From positions 17,546,001-17,610,000 of the forward strand of contig CATNEN010000001.1 of assembly GCA_950097015.1 (NCBI GenBank): a stretch of 64,000 nucleotides of DNA, in the 5' to 3' direction. Positions 35,951 through 43,449 of the stretch are shown here, in pieces. Below the pieces are notes generated by a model. The model saw nothing but the letters and a program-made list of their open reading frames with translations, did not search any database and was not told where the DNA came from. Both the position numbers and the translations under genes were made by a program. Each line of letters opens with the position of its first letter. The first letter of the stretch is position 1. The stretch is from Macrostomum hystrix (Eukaryota > Animalia > Platyhelminthes).

Positions 35951-37499
35951 CTTTGCTGAAGGAACCATTGCTGTAATTCCTAGCACCTGGCTTGATTCCA
36001 ATTCTAACACAGTTTACTTCCCACCTGCCAGTGATGACCATCGGAAAATGTATTCTAAGAGCCCAATGGCTAACTGGGACGAATATCATGAATTCAAAAT
36101 CGTATTTCGAAGTAGTAAGTGTAACTTTGCTTTTATTTTCAAGAAACAATTTTTTAGCTATCGTTTAAAGTGTTTAAACAATTCGTTTAACTTCAGATGA
36201 ATATGCGACTGCTGTCGATAAGGAAAAGAAGTACCAATTTTCAAGTCTCTCTTGCAGCGACTCAGATCATGAATTGGCTAGGAAAAGAAGACGTCCTGAA
36301 GGTATGTTTTCAGGTGGATATACTATAATGCATTTTTCCTAATGTATTGACTTGAAATTATTTTCCCGTGCTTATCAAATGCAGAATCCAGGTTAATCGA
36401 CAAACATCCTGCGAATAAAAGAAGCAGTGACACGAGCATCTCAAGATATGAACAGACTAGTGATGACGATGATCCAGTGCCGCCACCTCTTTATGTAAGA
36501 GTAATGACCGCTTACAATCAGAGTCTGCCACTGGGATCTGCAGCTGCCACTTTCATGGACGCGACTACGACACCCAAGTCGGCTGCTGCGGTGACGCCTA
36601 GCAACGTTGCGACAACCGTGGCTGCTGCGGGGGTGACGCCTAGCAACGTTGCGACAACCGTGGCTGCTGCGGGGTTGACGCCTAGCAACGTTGCGACAAC
36701 CGTGGCTGCTGCGGGGTTGACGCCTAGCAACGTTGCGACAACCGTGGCTGCTGCGGGGGTGACGCCTAGCAACGTTGCGACAACCGTGGCTGCTGCGGGG
36801 GTGACGCCTAGCAACGTTGCAACAACCGTGGCTACTGCTTCAACTCAACCGAAGCTCTTAGACTCTCTAGACGTGACATTAACGCCAAGAGGTGCAAGCG
36901 CCAGAAATTCCGCAGCCAGGAATGCTGATTTCGGCATCAGCAATGAGGCCTTTGAATCTATTGCCACTGAGCTATTGGCAGAACGTGGAGCAAACAGAGA
37001 CGCAACAACTGGTCCTAGTCACCTCCGTCTTCTTTGTGCGACGTTTGTCTTGGTTAGAGAAAACAATCAAATGCTTCGCAATCTCATTTCAAAACAGCAG
37101 ATAAGTTCTGCAAACGTGCTTCAGCAACTTCCTTGCCATTTACCAATTGGAACAATTGGTGATCTAAAATTGTTCGAAGAGCACCTAAATGAAAATGAAA
37201 ATGTCGTTCTGAATTCAATCGGTCGGATCGGTGGTTCAGATGTGCGATCTGCCACGTACATGGCATGTAAGACAACCATTTCAGTCAATGTGGCAAAGGT
37301 TCTGAATTGGGCTGGGACAAATCGGGCTTCGGAAAAAGCTTCACTAAGAGATGAATTTCCAAAAACCTTTGACTACATTCTCAAACTGACTCGTTTAAGT
37401 CAACCTGATGCGAGTCGAGAAGCTGTTATCGATGCAGTTCAGCGTTGGTTGAAAAAAGCCCCGTTCGCAAAAAAAGACAGTGCTAATGCCGCAGAGTAG
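35925..37499 (+). CDS. Spliced CACTA accessory gene (DUF4806-like C-terminus); predicted exons 35925-36114, 36197-36301, 36385-37499 (469 aa)
   Basis: GT-AG introns keep the frame; N-terminal WLVVSF...VIPSTWL...YFPP, then RKRRR, and C-terminal IGG...LNWAG...VQRWLK resemble CMC accessory proteins. Confidence 0.7.
36591..36835 (+). repeat. 39-bp in-frame minisatellite, ~6 copies (TPSNVATTVAAAG)
   Basis: Seen directly in the DNA and the translation. Confidence 0.95.
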
Positions 37500-38811
37500 G
37501 CCCAATTTTTTCCTTAAACATAGTTGACTTAATTATCATGCTTTGATTTTTATGCCATCAACATCCTAATAATTTTTTCTGTATTTTTTGTTCCAGTTCT
37601 ATTCGCTTTTTCATTTATTTGCTCACATTTTTTCTGGGGTCGTTACTTCCCACAATGACAGCGCAACCAAGACCGAATTTAGGGGGCGCCGCCCCGAAAT
37701 GCTAACCAAACCACTGTCCTTGTTACATAAGGGCCCTCATACTTGTCGCCCCTAATAATATTTGAGAGCCTTATACTTAACGCCCCCTTTTTGCGGCACA
37801 ACGACGCCCATTAGTTTGCCATCTTTTGTATTACTTGATGTAGGTCTTTTATGTGTTATGTGTCGAGAAAATAAGAATAAAAAACTGAGCTTATGTATTG
37901 TTGTATGTATTAAATGTATAGTTGGCCAGGAGGAACGAGGAGATAAGAGGTGGCTGGCCCCGCAGCCAATCAGAAAAATAAGAGAGAATGCGAGGAGACA
38001 GCCATATGGAGAAGTAAGCTGACAGAGGGACAAGAGTGCAGGTAAACTCAACAAAGATGAGAGGCGGTGAATTCAAGGAAAGATTGATAGTCGCAACACC
38101 CAAAAAATGGAGACATTTTTACATTCGAGTAAAACTGGGAAGTAGATTCGAGTGGCGGTGGGTTGAGGAAACTTACACTGTTTCTATTAGAAGTATTTTT
38201 TTATTACCGTATCTATTTAAATAGCTAAATATATTGCAATGTTTAAAGTAATTGTCACACTTTATTGGACAACTTAGTGGAATTACACATTTGAAAATAT
38301 TTATTTGGTCAGTTTAATTGCATGATTTTGGTTCACTGTCTTATTCTTGCTCCAATTAATACTTTTGTTGCATTGGCAACGGTGCGTTATGAAAAATATA
38401 TAGTATAAAATCAGCACGGAAAAAACCGTTAGGTTATAGTCAGTTATTGTGGAATAAAGTAACGTTAAAATTCTAACGGAAAACTAACATTAGTCTAACG
38501 ACCGAACTAACGGAAAGACTAACGTTAAAGTCTAACGTAAACCTAACGGAAATTCGTTCGTCCTGTAACGTTTTTCTAACGTGCTTCTAACGTCAGACCT
38601 TGGACTAGGGAAGGACTCCATCACTCCCACTCTGATGACGTCTGATGACGACCAAATCAGGTTTACCTCCATTCCGATTGGACAACCGGGTCTAGACTGT
38701 CTAATTGGAGGTAACTGGCTAAAACTAAACAATAAAACGACCATAGAGGTCGAACTGCCAACTCAGCACAACTATTACTTTTAGTTAAGATCTTCTACAA
38801 AGCACGACAAA

Positions 38812-39198
38812 ATGGAACAACTGGTCCGTCGCATTGAAAATGATAAAATCAGCCACCTCGTTCTTTACCGAGGACCAGGAAGCCGGAAGCCCGTCTACCC
38901 GAGCCCGAATACGTACCGGAAGTACATTGTTAAGGGCCTAAAGTTTGGTCCTATTTCAAGGAGGCAGGCCATTCAAATGTCGCCTTTTGGAAGTGTTCCT
39001 TTCAAGAGAGGCGACAAAATGCCTTCCAGTGAATTGACCGATTGTCAAAGACTTTTGACTTTTAAGACTTCACTAACAGTAGAAGTAATGGCTTGTTACT
39101 TACAATGCTTTTTTATTCTATTCTTTTTATTTCGAATCGCTTCCATGCTTCTAATGTTTTTTGTATTTTTACTTTTATTTGAACACTGTATGTGCTGA
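38812..39198 (+). CDS. Unknown protein with the 'LVxxxGPGSxxPxxPS' motif (paralog of 20331)
   Basis: KISHLVLYRGPGSRKPVYPSPNTYRKYI; the hydrophobic tail may be intron read-through. Confidence 0.5.
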   Translation: MEQLVRRIENDKISHLVLYRGPGSRKPVYPSPNTYRKYIVKGLKFGPISRRQAIQMSPFGSVPFKRGDKMPSSELTDCQRLLTFKTSLTVEVMACYLQCFFILFFLFRIASMLLMFFVFLLLFEHCMC

Positions 39199-39381
39199 GC
39201 ACATTGTGCTAACAGAACGGTAATAGTAATGCTAATCGTTAATTGCTTTTCATAATAAAATGTCTATATGTAATTAGTCATTGTATTTTACAGGCAAATA
39301 AAATTTTTAGGTCGCAAACGAAAATAAACTATCATGTGTGTACTTGTGCAATTGTCTAGTAGTCACTTTTCAGTTTTACTT

Positions 39382-39649
39382 AATAAGACTGGCAGAATAT
39401 CGCTCAAATGCTCCTACTATAAGTATGATGTGCTGTAGACTGCTGAGCAGCCTCCAGGCAATCTGTGAGTCAGGCTGTTCTAGGTCTGTGGGAGGGCTGG
39501 GGTGTAGGTAGTTTGTGGTTCCCGTGCACTCTTTCTCTCTCTCGTTCCAGCTCTGTCTGCGCACTGAGTCACATTGCACACCATGGTGCAATCGCTTCGG
39601 TTCGGAATAAGACTGGCAGAATATCGCTCAAATGCTCCTACTATAAGTA
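39382..39649 (+). repeat. Perfect 44-bp direct repeat (39382-39425 and 39606-39649)
   Basis: AATAAGACTGGCAGAATATCGCTCAAATGCTCCTACTATAAGTA occurs twice. Confidence 0.9.
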
Positions 39650-40705
39650 GAGCACAGTCTGACGAATACGCCGGGTGGTGTTAGCGTTATGGTAGCACAA
39701 CTTCTTTACTTTGCTAGCACCTTTCAGTCTTCAGTTCTTCATGCGTTTGCCGGATCCTTCCGAATTAGAGACCATACGGTCAAGAAGAGCGGAAATATCC
39801 AGACAGAACCGCATCCAAGCCAGTGTGTCACATTACTGGTGTGGTTTTAGGAGCCGCTCAGCCAGCTTTTTACCTCTCTAAGGGGTAAACCCTCATAGTC
39901 GACTAGGTTAGGTTAGTTCTTCTCCTTGCCTCCTCTCTAAGAGGAAGCCCCTTTTTCCTTCTCCCCTGCCTCCTCTCTAAGAGGAGGGCCTTCTCCCTTC
40001 TCCCCTTCCTGCTCCTCCTCCTCTCCCCTTCCTCCTCCTCTCCCTGCTACCCTCTCTAAGAGGCTAGCCCCTGCCCCTTTCCTCTGCCCCTGCTCCCTGC
40101 TACCCTCTTTAGAGGTTAGCCCCTGCTCCTGTCCCTGTTCCCGTCCTTTTTTTGCTTCTCTCGTGCTTCTTTTACTTTTGCTTTATTACTTTTAGTTTTA
40201 CTTTTAGTTTTATAGTTTTAATTACTGTTTTACTATAGTTTTACTTTATTTATACTGTTTTACTTTATTTACAGTTTTATAATTTAATTGCTCTCCTTAT
40301 TGAATTTAACTGCGTTATACTACTTTTATCATCGTATTTGCATATTTACTACTTTTACTTAATTGCTTTATACTACTTTTATCGTAATTGCATTTAAATT
40401 GCACTTTTAATTGAATTTAATTCATTTAATTCATTTAATTCATTTAATTGTTTACAGGTTTACAGGTTTACAGGTTTTACTTTAATTTATACTACTTTTA
40501 ATTGAATTTATACTACTCTTACATTTAATTGCTTAATTACTTTACAGGTTTTACTTTAATTGAATTTTTACTACTTACATTTAATTGCTTTACAATTTTA
40601 CTATAATTTACTTACTTTATTACTCACTCTTCTCACTCATCTATCCCTTGGATCCGGCACCACACTCCACTTAGCTTAGCTGTTTATTAAATTAGTAATT
40701 AGAAA

Positions 40706-43381
40706 ATGTCGACAAAGCCAAAGAATCCAAAGGACCCCAAGCCAATCAAGCCGCCGCAGCCGCCACCAGTACAAACCAAGCGCAATCTCCGCCAATCAAC
40801 CGACGCAGTCGCCCAAGCCGCAGCCACAGACAAGAAGCAGCGACGTCAGTCCGCAGCCCCAACGCCAGCCAGCAGCAACATTACCGAGGACACTGAGATG
40901 CTTTCTCCTCCTGCATCCAGTACATCCTCTCCCAACACCACCATCGTCCAAGTCCAAGTCCAAGCCCAAGTCCCAGCCCAAGTCCAAGCCCAAGACCAAG
41001 TCCCAGCCCAAGTCCAAGTCCAAGCCCAAGCCCAAGCCCAAGTCCAAGCCCAAGTCCAAGCCCAAGCCGACAAGCCAAGCCCGATCAGCAGTCCGAGCGA
41101 CACCAATTCTGTATCGACGGCGGCGAGTGCACGCAACTCCACAGGTTCGACCTCTTCTACTTGCACTTCCACATCGTCCAAAAGCCTTGACTTGCTAGCC
41201 ATCAATAGTCTTGGGTGCTACACCAAATTTCTTATTCTTGACACCTGTCCAGTCGATTTCTATCCGAACGCTTTCACTAATCTTGCCGATGACCTCCTCA
41301 AGACCATCCAGGACGAGATTCTTCCTCTTGCCACAACGCACCGCTCTCAAGGTCGTCCGGAACCGAGACAAATTGTCTGGTACGGACCCTCTTATTCTTA
41401 TTCCGGTGAGACCATCCAGGCTAACAACAACTGGCATCCAATCATCCGCAATCTTGCTCAACTCCTGTCGTCTCAACTTGACTTACCGGCCTTCAATTCT
41501 TGCCTTGTCAACGTCTACCGAACCGGCAACGACTTTGTTGGATTCCACTCCGACAACGAGCCCGAACTTGGGCGCAATCCAGTCATCGCATCTCTTTCTC
41601 TTGGCGCCACGCGAGAATTCCGATTCCGAGCCACCTCCAACCGAGCAACTCTTCATTCCGAACCTCTTTATCACGGTAGTCTCATCGTCATGCGAGGAGA
41701 AACCCAGTCACTTTGCCAGCACTCCATCATCCAGGACGCCCGCGTCAAAGGCATGCGTGTAAATCTTACCTTCCGAGTTACTTCTCCAGCCATCCAGGAC
41801 ATCAATGACTTCCAACAAGCTCCATCCAAGCCGTCCAATCCTCTTGACACTTCCGTCTATGAAATCGTCGAGGTTAGCGACAAGACCATCATCGAGGAAG
41901 ATTCTTCTCCTTCTACTTCGCAACGACAAGGCAATTCTTCTGTCCATGACAGCCAATTTCCGGATCAGCCTCCTTCTTCTTCTCAGCCAAAAGGAAACTC
42001 CAAGGTCGCACCAGTGCTCTTCCTCCTTCCAAAATCGACTCTTGACGAGCTTAGGTTCGAGAGGTTCCTTAAGGATAACTTCCCGACAGTTCGCATCAAG
42101 TCCGTCCAACGCTGCTTCTACTCTTCTGGCTTCAAGGTCTTTGCTCTTGACTTTCAAGGTTACCAGCATCTCACTTCTGACGAACTTAAGCATCCAACCA
42201 TCGACGGCATCGAGGTAGAACGCCGCCTTCCCATCCGACGTGAGGACGCCCAGGTTAATTCCAGACGTCTTCCAGCCAACATCACGACTCCAAAAGCCTT
42301 GTCTTTCATCATCCGTCAGGTATCTCTTGCAACAGATCTTAAGGACCTTCTCTTGAGAATCCAGTCGGTCGAGCCCAACATCTCAGGCATTGTCCGGATT
42401 ATCTCTTCTTCTTCCAACGAGCCAACTCAATTTGTCCGAGCCTTCACAACAGACTTAGGTACGCAAGCCCGATGCATTTCCAAAGGCATCCACATCGGGT
42501 TCTTCCACTTCCGATGCGAAGCCAGCAGGTCACCTCCTCCACTAATGGCAACTCAGTGTGGTCACTGTCAGGCATTCGGCCACCATTCCAAACAATGTGA
42601 TCGTCGACCAAGGTGCAGGGTCTGTGGGTCCGATCACCTAACGTCCGAGTGTGACAGTAGGCATCCCAGCATCCCAGGTGCCTTCATCCGGTGCGCCAAC
42701 TGCAAAGGTCCACATCAGTCCACTGACAAGGCATGTCCGGCAAGGCAGGCAGCCAACAACCGAGTCCAGGCATGGGCATCTAAAAACCTTCCTCATCAAG
42801 TTCAACGTCCTCCTCCTCCGAGGAGTTACGCCGCAGCTCTAGCTCCTCCACAACAACGCCAGCAACGCCAAGCTATTCCTCCTCTCATGCAAATTCCAAC
42901 ACTGCCGAACAACGACTCCAGCGAGGACTTCCCTTCTCTTCCAAACTCTTTGGTACCAAGGCAACCTTTGGTAAACCAGGTCTCTTGCCTTCTCCAAAAC
43001 GAGGCACTCGCCGCCGCCGCAGCAGCACCGGCCGAGAACAACTACTACGAGCCGTCAAGGAACGCCCTGCTACCAACGCCGCCAAGATCCAGGCGTCCGG
43101 AACCAGTGACGACCCAGGTTCCGCCAACACCAGCAACCCCGGGCGACAGGCAGGCGCCGATTGGCCCGAAGGTCCACGCCCTGGAACTACTGCAAGCAGT
43201 CGCCTTCGCACTAGTCCACGCAGCATTCGCCAAGCCTGAAAATAAGACAGTGGCCGGACTCGTAGAGGCGTCCATCCAGCTGGTTCAATTAGCAACCGGG
43301 TGGCGGCCTCCGACCGTTTGGACGGCTCAACTATGCGACAATTTAAGTAAACTACAATCGTCTCTAGATTCAGCTGTTTAA
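40706..43381 (+). CDS. LINE ORF1p, 891 aa: low-complexity N-terminus, ALKBH2/3-like AlkB dioxygenase (~aa 180-360), three gag-like zinc knuckles
   Basis: H281-x-D283 (GFHSDNEPELG), H339 (CQHSI), R351/R357 (RVNLTFR), EPRQIVWYG..YSYSG; knuckles CGHCQAFGHHSKQC, CRVCGSDHLTSEC, CANCKGPHQSTDKAC (~42557-42736). Confidence 0.95.
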   Translation: MSTKPKNPKDPKPIKPPQPPPVQTKRNLRQSTDAVAQAAATDKKQRRQSAAPTPASSNITEDTEMLSPPASSTSSPNTTIVQVQVQAQVPAQVQAQDQVPAQVQVQAQAQAQVQAQVQAQADKPSPISSPSDTNSVSTAASARNSTGSTSSTCTSTSSKSLDLLAINSLGCYTKFLILDTCPVDFYPNAFTNLADDLLKTIQDEILPLATTHRSQGRPEPRQIVWYGPSYSYSGETIQANNNWHPIIRNLAQLLSSQLDLPAFNSCLVNVYRTGNDFVGFHSDNEPELGRNPVIASLSLGATREFRFRATSNRATLHSEPLYHGSLIVMRGETQSLCQHSIIQDARVKGMRVNLTFRVTSPAIQDINDFQQAPSKPSNPLDTSVYEIVEVSDKTIIEEDSSPSTSQRQGNSSVHDSQFPDQPPSSSQPKGNSKVAPVLFLLPKSTLDELRFERFLKDNFPTVRIKSVQRCFYSSGFKVFALDFQGYQHLTSDELKHPTIDGIEVERRLPIRREDAQVNSRRLPANITTPKALSFIIRQVSLATDLKDLLLRIQSVEPNISGIVRIISSSSNEPTQFVRAFTTDLGTQARCISKGIHIGFFHFRCEASRSPPPLMATQCGHCQAFGHHSKQCDRRPRCRVCGSDHLTSECDSRHPSIPGAFIRCANCKGPHQSTDKACPARQAANNRVQAWASKNLPHQVQRPPPPRSYAAALAPPQQRQQRQAIPPLMQIPTLPNNDSSEDFPSLPNSLVPRQPLVNQVSCLLQNEALAAAAAAPAENNYYEPSRNALLPTPPRSRRPEPVTTQVPPTPATPGDRQAPIGPKVHALELLQAVAFALVHAAFAKPENKTVAGLVEASIQLVQLATGWRPPTVWTAQLCDNLSKLQSSLDSAV

Positions 43382-43449
43382 ATTCATTGATTATATGTTT
43401 GCAACCGAACCATCTGGGCTAGAACTGAAAACTAAGATAGAACTGGAAA

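Larger units (their letters stand above)
33177..38610 (+). mobile_element. Complete CACTA/EnSpm (CMC superfamily) DNA transposon, 5,434 bp
   Basis: Termini CCCTAGTCCA (33177) and TGGACTAGGG (38601-38610), extending imperfectly to ~24 bp; AA on both flanks (2-bp TSD); subterminal CTAACG/AACGTT repeats at 38460-38595; transposase and accessory gene inside. Confidence 0.9.

Noticed and set aside
38631-38670. Hammerhead ribozyme core (CTGATGA twice)
   Set aside because: No properly placed GAAA or closing stems.
40796-41205. Antisense (GL)n and (WA/WT)n ORFs
   Set aside because: Reverse-frame shadows of the QV/QA repeat in ORF1.
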